Source of the DNA: Bacteroidia bacterium
GTDB lineage: Bacteria > Bacteroidota > Bacteroidia > NS11-12g > UBA955
Direction of reading: 5' to 3'
Assembly (NCBI GenBank): GCA_023258655.1
Contig: JALQWO010000003.1
Coordinates: forward strand, 2,659-35,344
Length of the DNA: 32,686 nucleotides
Part shown: one piece after another, positions 8,828 through 17,733 of the stretch
Layout of the letters: each line of letters starts with the position of its first letter
How positions within the stretch are numbered: position 1 is the stretch's first letter
The notes under the pieces: generated by a model
Database searches by the model: none
What the model was told of the DNA's origin: nothing
The model's input: only the letters and a program-made list of their open reading frames with translations
Made by a program: the position numbers and the translations under genes

Positions 8828-10794
8828 GTCTTCCCAAACGCATTGCCTTTGTGGGTAATCCCAACTGCGGAAAATCCACGTTGTTCAATCGTTTGACCGG
8901 CCTTACCCAAAAAACCAGCAACCTCCCAGGAACCACCGTGGAGGCATCTAGCGGTCAAATTATAATCAATGGTGAGAAGATAGAACTCATCGACCTCCCC
9001 GGAATTTACAGTTTGTTTACCCAATCGGATGACGAGCGATTGGTGGTAGAACATCTCGCTGGGTTTGGAGAAACAAAACCAGAAGCCCTTTTGCTTGTCA
9101 TTGATGCATCTAACCTGCGTCGGAATCTCTTGCTCTATTCACAGGTTGCCGAATTGGGAATTCCAGCAGTTTGCGTACTTACCTTGAGCGACTCGGCCAA
9201 GCGCAGGGGCGTTAAAATCGATGCGGAAGCACTGTCCCAAGAACTTGGTATACCCTGCCTATTCTTCAATCCCCGCAGAGAAAAAAACATCGAACCCGTC
9301 AAACAATTACTCACTGCTTTTGCGAAGCCCAAACTGATTGGACAGTCGACCGAATTGCCAAACCGACTCCAAACTTATTGGAATCAGGGCAAGTTACCTG
9401 GACTCAGCGAAGAAACATTGCGTCGGTACATAGACATTGAAAAAGTCATACAACGCACCACCACGAAATTTCCGGTGGGACTGAAAAGCATCACCCTCAA
9501 GTTGGATCATTATTTCACGCACAAATGGATGGGCTATGTTTTATTCGCCATGATCATGATGGTGCTGTTTCAGGGTGTTTTTAGTTTGGCAGCGAAACCC
9601 ATGGAATGGATTGAAATGGGCTTTCAGTATATCAGCCAAGGCATTGAACAACTGCTGCCCGCGGGGATGATAACCAATTTTATCACGCAGGGATTGATTG
9701 GTGGTCTTGAGGGCGTTGTGGTCTTTGTTCCGCAAATTTTCATATTATTTTTCTTGATTGGCATTTTGGAAGACTCGGGCTACATGGTGCGCGCCTCCTT
9801 TATCACGGACAGAATCATGCGCAAATTGGGTCTGAATGGCCGAAGCATCATCCCCATGATTGGGGGATTTGCCTGTGCGATACCCAGCATCATGGCCACC
9901 CGGAGCATCAAAAGCAGAAAGGAGCGTTTGGCCACCATGCTGGTTGTTCCTCTCATGAGTTGTAGCGCCCGTTTACCCGTTTATGTATTGTTGGTGAGCA
10001 TTGCCATACCCTTTGCTGAATTTTGGGGACCTTTTCATGCACAGACCTTTGTGATTACCGCCGCCTATATGGCTGGTATTGTAGTAGCCATACTGTTGGC
10101 CTTTGTATTTCGACTTTTCCAGCGTTCCGCTGCACAAAGTGAATTCATCCTAGAGCTGCCCGCTTACCAGCGTCCCCGACTTCAAACGGTGATTCACCAA
10201 GCTTGGCTCAAATGTCTCAGCTTTTTATCCGAAGCCGGAAAAGTGATCGTCATCATCAGCATGGTGCTGTGGTTTTTATCGAATTTCGGTCCCACCGAAT
10301 CCATGAAAAAAGCCGAAACAGAGGGGGTGATTTTGGTACAATTAGATCCCAGTCACGCGGGTGAAATCAAATCCAATTTGCGTTTGGAGGCTAGCTATGC
10401 TGGCCATTTGGGCAAAGCCTTCGAACCATTCATTGAACCATTGGGCTACGACTGGAAAACAGGCATTGCGTTGATTACAAGCTTTGCAGCGCGAGAAGTG
10501 TTTGTGGGCACAATGGCAACCTTATTCCAATCCACGGAAGACGATGAGTCGGGGATCCGACAAAAAATGCAATCACAGGTCAATCCAAAGACGGGAAAAC
10601 CACTTTACGGACTCCCTTACGCACTGAGTTTGATTGTGTTTTATGCCTTTGCCCTACAGTGCATGAGCACGATGGCAGTGATGAAACGCGAAATTGGCAC
10701 CTGGCATTGGCCGATCGCATTGTTCTTCATATACGGACTGATTGCCTATGTGGGTGCTTATGTGACTTTTACACTCGCCAATCATTTCTCCTAA
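8824..10794 (+). CDS. feoB: Ferrous iron transporter FeoB (G-domain plus permease)
   Basis: 656 aa. The G1 motif is GNPNCGKSTLFN and G3 is DLPG. Multiple TM segments and gate motifs follow. Confidence 0.95.
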   Translation: MSLPKRIAFVGNPNCGKSTLFNRLTGLTQKTSNLPGTTVEASSGQIIINGEKIELIDLPGIYSLFTQSDDERLVVEHLAGFGETKPEALLLVIDASNLRRNLLLYSQVAELGIPAVCVLTLSDSAKRRGVKIDAEALSQELGIPCLFFNPRREKNIEPVKQLLTAFAKPKLIGQSTELPNRLQTYWNQGKLPGLSEETLRRYIDIEKVIQRTTTKFPVGLKSITLKLDHYFTHKWMGYVLFAMIMMVLFQGVFSLAAKPMEWIEMGFQYISQGIEQLLPAGMITNFITQGLIGGLEGVVVFVPQIFILFFLIGILEDSGYMVRASFITDRIMRKLGLNGRSIIPMIGGFACAIPSIMATRSIKSRKERLATMLVVPLMSCSARLPVYVLLVSIAIPFAEFWGPFHAQTFVITAAYMAGIVVAILLAFVFRLFQRSAAQSEFILELPAYQRPRLQTVIHQAWLKCLSFLSEAGKVIVIISMVLWFLSNFGPTESMKKAETEGVILVQLDPSHAGEIKSNLRLEASYAGHLGKAFEPFIEPLGYDWKTGIALITSFAAREVFVGTMATLFQSTEDDESGIRQKMQSQVNPKTGKPLYGLPYALSLIVFYAFALQCMSTMAVMKREIGTWHWPIALFFIYGLIAYVGAYVTFTLANHFS

Positions 10795-10867
10795 AAGAAT
10801 TGGCATTTGTTAAACAAAACCTTGGGGAGTTGTCAAATTATCCCAAAATCAATTGAACTTTATTTTG

Positions 10868-10875
10868 TATTTTTG
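10868..10875 (+). promoter_or_regulatory. -7 promoter box TATTTTTG upstream of rpoD
   Basis: Perfect TAnnTTTG, 54 nt upstream of the rpoD ATG. Confidence 0.45.
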
Positions 10876-10929
10876 CAAGGCTGAATTTATATCAGTCACT
10901 GAAGTAAAAAAGAATAGCAAAAAGCACAC

Positions 10930-11793
10930 ATGAGGCAGTTAAAAATTTCAAAACAGTTTACCAACCGCGAGAACAAATCGCTTGACAAGTACCTTAACGA
11001 AATCTCAAAAGTGCCGATGATCGACGCCCAAGAGGAAGTGGAATTGGCCCGTAGAATTCGCGAAGGTGATCAAGCCGCGTTGGAAAAATTGGTGAATGCC
11101 AACTTGCGTTTCGTCGTGTCAGTTTCCAAACAGTACCAAAACCAAGGACTAACCCTGGGTGATTTGATCAATGAAGGAAACATGGGTTTGATCAAAGCTG
11201 CCAAGCGTTTCGACGAAACCCGTGGTTTTAAATTTATTTCATACGCAGTATGGTGGATTCGCCAGAGCATTTTGCAGGCGTTGGCCGATCAAAGTCGTAT
11301 CGTTCGATTGCCCTTAAACAAAGTAGGAAGTTTGGGTAGAATCACCCAAGCCTCGGCCCGATTGGAGCAAGAACTAGAGCGTGAACCAACACCCCAAGAA
11401 ATTGCTGAATCTTTAGAGATTTCTTTGTCGGAAGTAGAAAATGCTTTGCGTTCTTCAGGCCGTCATTTGAGCATTGATGCCCCATTGGCAGAAGGTGAAG
11501 ACAACACATTGTTGGGTGTTTTGGACCAGAACGACGAGCCCAACCCTGACATGCCCTTGTTGAATGAGTCTCTGCAGAATGAAATCAACCGGGTTATTTC
11601 TACCCTGTCTGATAAGGAGCGCGATGTATTGAAATACTATTTTGGATTGGATGGCAATGCCGCTCACACCTTGGAAGACATTTCAGAAAAAGTGGGCCTT
11701 ACCCGCGAGCGCGTGCGTCAGATCAAGGAAAAAGCGCTCCGTCGTTTGCGCAAATCAAGCAAAAGCAAAATACTAAAAACGTACTTAGGATAA
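10930..11793 (+). CDS. rpoD: Primary RNA polymerase sigma factor (Bacteroidota sigma-A, RpoD family)
   Basis: 287 aa. Contains [34 protein letters not shown] (region 2) and [18 protein letters not shown] (region 4.2). The short form without region 1.1 is typical of Bacteroidota. Confidence 0.95.
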   Translation: MRQLKISKQFTNRENKSLDKYLNEISKVPMIDAQEEVELARRIREGDQAALEKLVNANLRFVVSVSKQYQNQGLTLGDLINEGNMGLIKAAKRFDETRGFKFISYAVWWIRQSILQALADQSRIVRLPLNKVGSLGRITQASARLEQELEREPTPQEIAESLEISLSEVENALRSSGRHLSIDAPLAEGEDNTLLGVLDQNDEPNPDMPLLNESLQNEINRVISTLSDKERDVLKYYFGLDGNAAHTLEDISEKVGLTRERVRQIKEKALRRLRKSSKSKILKTYLG

Positions 11794-11825
11794 GGGGGAT
11801 CCCCCAATTGCTCGGTCGATAAATA

Positions 11826-11856
11826 AGAGGGGCCCCGTCTGCGACGGGGCCCCTCT
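11826..11856. terminator. GC-rich hairpin between convergent rpoD and the adhesin gene (probable bidirectional terminator)
   Basis: Perfect 14-bp stem AGAGGGGCCCCGTC / GACGGGGCCCCTCT with loop TGC. The minus-strand side is followed by TTATTTAT. The T-tract on the plus side is poor. Confidence 0.65.
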
Positions 11857-11893
11857 CGTTATACCCCCCATTCGAGGGGACATTCAACAAACC

Positions 11894-14800
11894 TTATTTG
11901 ATGATGGTCACAGTGCCCTTGTAGGCATGCATCACGCCATCAATGTATCGGAAAGTAATGGCGTAGGCATAGACACCTTCCATCACAGGATCACCTTTGG
12001 TATCCAACCCTTTCCATCCTACATTGGGATCCTCAGTATAGAACAACACTTCACCCCAACGGTTCATTACTGTCATTCGATACTTCGACATACCGAAAGA
12101 CTGGAATGGCTTAAAGTCCTCATTCAATCCATCCACATTGGGCGTAAACGCGTTCGGCAAATGGAACAACAATTCTGGCTTCAAGAAAATATTCTTCCAC
12201 AATGTATCAGAACAACCACTGGCATTGCTCGCAATCAACATTGTTTTGAAATCTCCAGTACCAGAGAAAGTCATGAAGAACGGCACACCAGACGTTGAAG
12301 TCTGTCCATCCTGAAACAACCAATTATAGGTATCGGTATTTTTTCCAGTAAATGTGAATTTCCAATCCGTTTCCAGACCCCTAGACAGCAAATATTCCCC
12401 TGTGAAATCAGCCACAGGCTTGGGCAACACATTGATGGGCAGCGCTGTAGAAGTCGTAGAACAACCCTTGTCGGAAACCACAGTCAATGTCACATTGTAA
12501 CTACCATCCGTACTGTAAGCCTGGAGTGGATTGGCGATATTTGACGTAAAGCCATTTCCAAAGTTCCAACTGTAGGATGCAATACTTCCGCGATTCACCT
12601 TGGCATTAGATCCAAATTGAATGGGCACTTCTGCACAGGCGTTCATACCCGTGATGCTCACTGTAGGATGCTCATTGACGCGCAACACCATGGTTTTTTC
12701 AGTACCGCATCCTTTGTCGGACACCACCCGCAATTTCACCGGATAATCACCCGTATCGGGCAAGGTTTGGGCAGAAACCGTTTTCACATTCGCGAAAGGC
12801 ACCCCTTTTACCAACCATGTGTAGGCAACGCCCGTGGCGGAATTCTCAGCAGTAATGTTGCTCACCACAAACGAATTCCCTTGCAAACATTGCTCGGCAT
12901 TGTTGACAGCAAAATTCGCAACAGGCACAGGCCAAACATTCACAGATTTGGTAATAGAATCCTTACATCCCGTACCTGAAGTCAATACCAGTTTGACATC
13001 GAACTTCCCGGCGGACAAATATGCTTTGTTGGCAACATTCTTCAGTGTTGATTTGGTTCCATCACCCAATGTCCAATCGCTTGTATAGGTAGAACCAAAT
13101 ACCGTATTGTCTGTAAACGTAAATTGATGGCCTCCCAAACACGCTGTATCCTTGCTCGTTGTAAATGAAGCCTTGGGTGAAGGCACAACATCCACAACTC
13201 CTGACGTTGAATCAAAACAACCATCATTCGTGGTAATGCTATGGAAAACACGATACTTGCCCATCGCCGCAAACGACCTCACCAAAGAATCCCCTGACCC
13301 TGTACCTCCGTCCGAAGTCTTCCAAACGTGGGTAGGATTGGCCCCCGTCCATGGGTATTGTTGTTTGAATGTAAACTTGTTACCTGCCAAACACTGTTGC
13401 TTACCGATCCCCGCTATATCTGCTTTTGGCATATCAAACACCTCAACTTCACGTTGGAATGAGTCTTTACAGCCCAATGTAGTTGTTGCAATGATCCGTA
13501 TCCAATATTTACCCGGAGAACTAAAGGTCTTGTTGGGAACAATCTTCGCATAATTGTAGGTCCCATTTTGGTATTTCCAATCCGATTTCGAATTCAACAC
13601 CGCATTGGCAGGCACCGTGCTCGCATCAGACAAATTGAAGAAGTGACCCTGAAAACATTGAGAGGAGTCTGTTACTTGGAAATATGCCTTGGGCTCAGGA
13701 GCGACGTACACCCGCATGGTATCTTGATCTACACAACCGTAATCAGATGTGTTTTTGATGATTACTTTGTGCCATCCTGTATCGGTAAATTTAACCGCTT
13801 TGATGGAAGAAGTCGTGGCCGTCTGATTGTTCTTGTATGTCCACAGCGTAGAATATGTACCCGCCGTGATGCTTGACTGATCCGTAAAATCAAATTCATT
13901 CGTCTTGAAACAGAGACTTATCTGATTGATGTTTACTTTGTTTATTGGCGCCGGTCGCACCACAAAGGTAGAGTCCACGGTATCTCGACATCCAAAAGGT
14001 GTCACCGTAATCAATTTCACCTTGAATGTCCCCTCAGTGGTAAATTTATACTTGGTGGTGTAAGGCAAAGATGTATCCTTGGTACCGTTGCCAAAATCCC
14101 AAATCGAAGAGCCCACACCTTCTTTACTTTGTGAACTATCAGTGAAAGTCACTTCTGCATTTTGGCAGAAATACGTTGAAGAAGCCGCCAATTTTGCCAG
14201 AGGATAAGGATATACAATCAACAAAGTATCTAGTGTATCTCGACAACCTTTTCGCGATTCCACGATGTACCGCAGTTTGTTGGTACTAAGAGAGTCGAAT
14301 GTATACCTAAACACCAAGCTATCCTTGTTCACAAACATTTTCTTGTAATCATCAAACAATCTCCAGCGCGAAATTTTGAGCGCATCATTGTTAAAGGTTG
14401 TGCCATCCCGCATCACAAAGCGATTGGTCTTGTAACACATATCCAAACTATCAAATTGGATTTTGGCATTCAACGCATCCGCCCTGCGCACCCAGGTAGA
14501 ATCAATGGTTACACAATTCGTGGAAGTATCCAAAACGCGCAACCAAACCCGGCCTTCTTTCTGCATGGTGAAGGTTTGCAATTTGCTAGAATCTTGCCAT
14601 TTGTACAAAAACTTATTGGAGGTTGGACCTGTAAACAATTGTTTCACAGCAGAAGCACACTGGGTGGTAGTATCTGGGAAATCAAAAACAGGGCCTTGTT
14701 TGATGGTAATAATTTTGCTTCGGGTAACTGTATCTACTTGACCGCAGTCCGCTGTGATAGGAATCTTCACAACCACATAATAAGTTCCAACTTTCTTGAA

Positions 14801-16402
14801 TTTGTGGAAAACGATTTGTCCCGTATCACTTGTACCATCGCCAAAATTCCAACGATATCCTTTGATTTTTGGCTTGCCCGCCACAACCGCTTCGATTTTT
14901 ACGTCTTCACCCGGACATTGGGTCTTACGGGTTACTTTGATATCATAGTCCACGTTCTCGAAGACCGCACCGGCGGAATAAGAATAACTTTCATAGGGAC
15001 CAACACCGTAAGCAACACAAACAAATCCACTATCACTTTGAATGGTATTTGCGCTGGGGTTATTCACTTTCACCTGGGCATAGGCATACTTAGTACCCAC
15101 GTTGGTAAAAGTAGAAGCAAGCATGGAAATACCATTGACTTTTACCGAACTCTTGGCAGTTTGTCTCACCAAAATATTCACCCAATGTTGGTTCATATTG
15201 CTTGTTGTTGCTGTACCCACAAGGGTTTTAATCAATTGTTGATTCACATCAGGTGAGATGAAAATCGCGGGATCCCCGTTGGATCCAGACAACCCTGAAC
15301 AAACCCCATTCTTCATGTATTGAACCACATAGGCCGGTTTATCTGTTGAAATGGAGGTAGCCACCGCTGTGGTGATGTGTCCATATATCCACTCTCCCTT
15401 TTTAAGAATGGTATTGGAAAGTGTCCCATTAACATAAACCTTCGTCGTATCCTTGGCCGCAATCACCTTGTATGCATACCCGCCCGTTTGTCCCGCAAAT
15501 GGCATCAACACATAATCTTTTCCCAACGCAGCTGTGGGCAATACCTGCGTGTACAAATGGTCTCGTCCATTGATACCACCACCGCAGTTTCCTTTGGTTA
15601 CGTGGCTAGAACGAGCCCCCGAGAATACATTGATCTTCCCGCAACCCTCAACTACCCTCACACGTGTTCCTGTCAAATCACCCGCCTTCGCGCCTGTTGT
15701 TGACCAAGAAGTTGCCGCAGGATCTGTATTGTTTGTTCCATCAGTGCTTTGTGACTGAACCTCATAAACCTGCCCCCTGGCGAGGGTTACCGTAAATGGT
15801 GTACCCGCTGTTTTGCCCCCTTTTGTGGTTGCTGTAGGCGTTATTTCTACCTTCACGTTGGCATCCATACCTACAACAACAAATTCACTTTCAGCCCAAC
15901 GATTTGAGGTTGGAAAACCAGAAGTTCCCGCATTGTTAGGGAAACTCGCTACAAAAAATTCCGGTGCCGAAGGTATACTCTCGTAAGGCAACACAAACGT
16001 GGCATCAGAACGGTTGATTTCCAAATTCAAACAATAAACGTTCACTGGATCCTTGGCAACGATACGCAGACCTTTTTTGCTGTTGACATCTGTGGCTGGA
16101 AATTCAGAACCCACGGGATAATAATACGTCCTATCAACCTCAATTCGGTTCACCTTGCCTGCCGTGATGTTGACTGTTTGGTTAGATCCCGCTACACGAG
16201 GATTGTCGAGCACCAACGTTGTATTGACATCAGACGTCACAAACAACAACAATGTATCGGGCAATCCTCCACTTCGCGTTTCCATTTCCATGAAGCTCAT
16301 GTAAAATGTCTTCCCAGTAGATGTAATTTGAGCGTGCAATTTGTTGCCACTTGCAAAAAATAAAACCAATAAAACAAGGGCAATTCTTTTAAGTATTTTC
16401 AT
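11894..16402 (-). CDS. Large secreted cell-surface adhesin-like protein: N-terminal domain of about 500 aa, about 9 or more PKD-like repeats, and a type B T9SS C-terminal sorting domain (gliding-motility-associated CTD)
   Basis: The start at 16402 gives the signal peptide MKILKRIALVLLVLFFASGNKLHAQ. Repeats have WxFGDG/WDFGNGT...GxYxVxL...GCxD signatures. The last 91 aa (11897-12169) read LPNAFTPNVDGLNEDF...MNRWGEVLFYTED...WKGLD...GVYAYAITF...GTVTIIK, matching the TIGR04131-type CTD. Confidence 0.9.
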   Translation of the reverse strand: MKILKRIALVLLVLFFASGNKLHAQITSTGKTFYMSFMEMETRSGGLPDTLLLFVTSDVNTTLVLDNPRVAGSNQTVNITAGKVNRIEVDRTYYYPVGSEFPATDVNSKKGLRIVAKDPVNVYCLNLEINRSDATFVLPYESIPSAPEFFVASFPNNAGTSGFPTSNRWAESEFVVVGMDANVKVEITPTATTKGGKTAGTPFTVTLARGQVYEVQSQSTDGTNNTDPAATSWSTTGAKAGDLTGTRVRVVEGCGKINVFSGARSSHVTKGNCGGGINGRDHLYTQVLPTAALGKDYVLMPFAGQTGGYAYKVIAAKDTTKVYVNGTLSNTILKKGEWIYGHITTAVATSISTDKPAYVVQYMKNGVCSGLSGSNGDPAIFISPDVNQQLIKTLVGTATTSNMNQHWVNILVRQTAKSSVKVNGISMLASTFTNVGTKYAYAQVKVNNPSANTIQSDSGFVCVAYGVGPYESYSYSAGAVFENVDYDIKVTRKTQCPGEDVKIEAVVAGKPKIKGYRWNFGDGTSDTGQIVFHKFKKVGTYYVVVKIPITADCGQVDTVTRSKIITIKQGPVFDFPDTTTQCASAVKQLFTGPTSNKFLYKWQDSSKLQTFTMQKEGRVWLRVLDTSTNCVTIDSTWVRRADALNAKIQFDSLDMCYKTNRFVMRDGTTFNNDALKISRWRLFDDYKKMFVNKDSLVFRYTFDSLSTNKLRYIVESRKGCRDTLDTLLIVYPYPLAKLAASSTYFCQNAEVTFTDSSQSKEGVGSSIWDFGNGTKDTSLPYTTKYKFTTEGTFKVKLITVTPFGCRDTVDSTFVVRPAPINKVNINQISLCFKTNEFDFTDQSSITAGTYSTLWTYKNNQTATTSSIKAVKFTDTGWHKVIIKNTSDYGCVDQDTMRVYVAPEPKAYFQVTDSSQCFQGHFFNLSDASTVPANAVLNSKSDWKYQNGTYNYAKIVPNKTFSSPGKYWIRIIATTTLGCKDSFQREVEVFDMPKADIAGIGKQQCLAGNKFTFKQQYPWTGANPTHVWKTSDGGTGSGDSLVRSFAAMGKYRVFHSITTNDGCFDSTSGVVDVVPSPKASFTTSKDTACLGGHQFTFTDNTVFGSTYTSDWTLGDGTKSTLKNVANKAYLSAGKFDVKLVLTSGTGCKDSITKSVNVWPVPVANFAVNNAEQCLQGNSFVVSNITAENSATGVAYTWLVKGVPFANVKTVSAQTLPDTGDYPVKLRVVSDKGCGTEKTMVLRVNEHPTVSITGMNACAEVPIQFGSNAKVNRGSIASYSWNFGNGFTSNIANPLQAYSTDGSYNVTLTVVSDKGCSTTSTALPINVLPKPVADFTGEYLLSRGLETDWKFTFTGKNTDTYNWLFQDGQTSTSGVPFFMTFSGTGDFKTMLIASNASGCSDTLWKNIFLKPELLFHLPNAFTPNVDGLNEDFKPFQSFGMSKYRMTVMNRWGEVLFYTEDPNVGWKGLDTKGDPVMEGVYAYAITFRYIDGVMHAYKGTVTIIK

Positions 16403-16519
16403 TTCAATGTGATTCTTCCGGTTATGTACAAAGTACATAACGCACAAAACGTCATTTTCGTTGCTTGGCCTTGCAATTTTGTGACATTATTTAGACGGGC
16501 ATGGACAAAACCCATATCC

Positions 16520-17707
16520 TCAAGCAATCGCTCCGCTGAAAACAATTTCATCGTGCCAATAAATCGCCACAAATTGTCCCGCGGTTACTGCTTTGTCTGG
16601 CGCAGAAAATACCACTTGAAATCCACCATTTATTGCTAATAATTTACAACCCACCAAGGCTTGTCGGTATCGAAATCTGCATTGCAATTCATGTGAATCC
16701 AGCACGGACTCTTTCATGCTCGGCCTCACCCAATGCGCCTCTTCCTCACGCACGAACAACCCAGATGAAATCAATCCCCAGTGATTTTCGCCTTGGCCCA
16801 CATAAATGACATTTTCTTCCACATCTGTCTGCAATACAAAAAGCGGCAATGGCTTACCACCGATTTGCAGCCCTCTCCGCTGTCCACGCGTGTAAAAGTG
16901 AGCTCCGTTGTGCTTGGCGATCACCTTGCCATCAGCCCGCTGAAATTTCGCATGCCACACACCGGGATTGTCGATTCCGTCGCCCCGCAACACCCTTTCT
17001 TTATGTGCCAATACTGCCGGTGCATCTCTCTCAATTTCAATGATATCGCCTTGCTTTACCTTCAATTGTTGTTGCAAAAATTCCGGCAAACTCACATGAC
17101 CAATAAAACACAGACCCTGACTGTCTTTTTTTCCCGCAGTGACCAATCCCCCCGCTTCGGCCAATCGCCGAACTTCACTTTTTTCCATATCCCCAATGGG
17201 GAAAAGGGCCTTGGATAATTGAAACTGGTTGAGCTGACACAAAAAGTAACTCTGGTCTTTGTTAGGGTCTTTTCCGCTCATCAAACGAAATTCAATAGCC
17301 CCATCAACCAACACCTCTTCTTTGCGCACGTAATGCCCCGTTGCCACAAAGTCTGCACCCAACTTCAACGCCTCATCCAGAAACACATCAAACTTGATTT
17401 CTCGGTTACACAGTACATCCGGGTTGGGCGTTCTGCCCTTGCCGTATTCCTCAAACATATAGTCCACAATTCGCTCCTTGTAAAGGGCGCTCAAATCCAA
17501 AACCTGAAACGGAATCCCCAAGTGCTCTGCCACCAACATGGCATCTCTACTATCGTCGATCCACGGACATTCATCCTCCAAAGTCACACTGGCATCATTC
17601 CAATTGCGCATGAACAATCCGATGACCTCATGACCCTGCTGCTTGAGCAACAACGCCACAACGGAGCTATCAACCCCGCCACTCATGCCAACGACAATTC
17701 TCGCCAT
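16520..17707 (-). CDS. mnmA: tRNA 2-thiouridine(34) synthase (tRNA-specific 2-thiouridylase)
   Basis: 395 aa. Contains the PP-loop VGMSGGVDSSV, NPDVLCNREIKF and DSQGLCFIG with the catalytic cysteines. Confidence 0.95.
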   Translation of the reverse strand: MARIVVGMSGGVDSSVVALLLKQQGHEVIGLFMRNWNDASVTLEDECPWIDDSRDAMLVAEHLGIPFQVLDLSALYKERIVDYMFEEYGKGRTPNPDVLCNREIKFDVFLDEALKLGADFVATGHYVRKEEVLVDGAIEFRLMSGKDPNKDQSYFLCQLNQFQLSKALFPIGDMEKSEVRRLAEAGGLVTAGKKDSQGLCFIGHVSLPEFLQQQLKVKQGDIIEIERDAPAVLAHKERVLRGDGIDNPGVWHAKFQRADGKVIAKHNGAHFYTRGQRRGLQIGGKPLPLFVLQTDVEENVIYVGQGENHWGLISSGLFVREEEAHWVRPSMKESVLDSHELQCRFRYRQALVGCKLLAINGGFQVVFSAPDKAVTAGQFVAIYWHDEIVFSGAIA

Positions 17708-17733
17708 GGGGCAAAGTTCGGGATTGTGATTGA

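Noticed and set aside
11794-11805. GGGGGATCCCCC 12-nt perfect palindrome right after the rpoD stop
   Set aside because: It has no loop, so it cannot form a stable hairpin alone. The real terminator candidate lies 20 nt further on. It is probably incidental.
12617-15758. Several 60-270-aa plus-strand ORFs inside the adhesin gene (for example 14456-15256)
   Set aside because: All are antisense to a continuous 1502-aa ORF with repeat and sorting-domain signatures. None has a recognisable motif.
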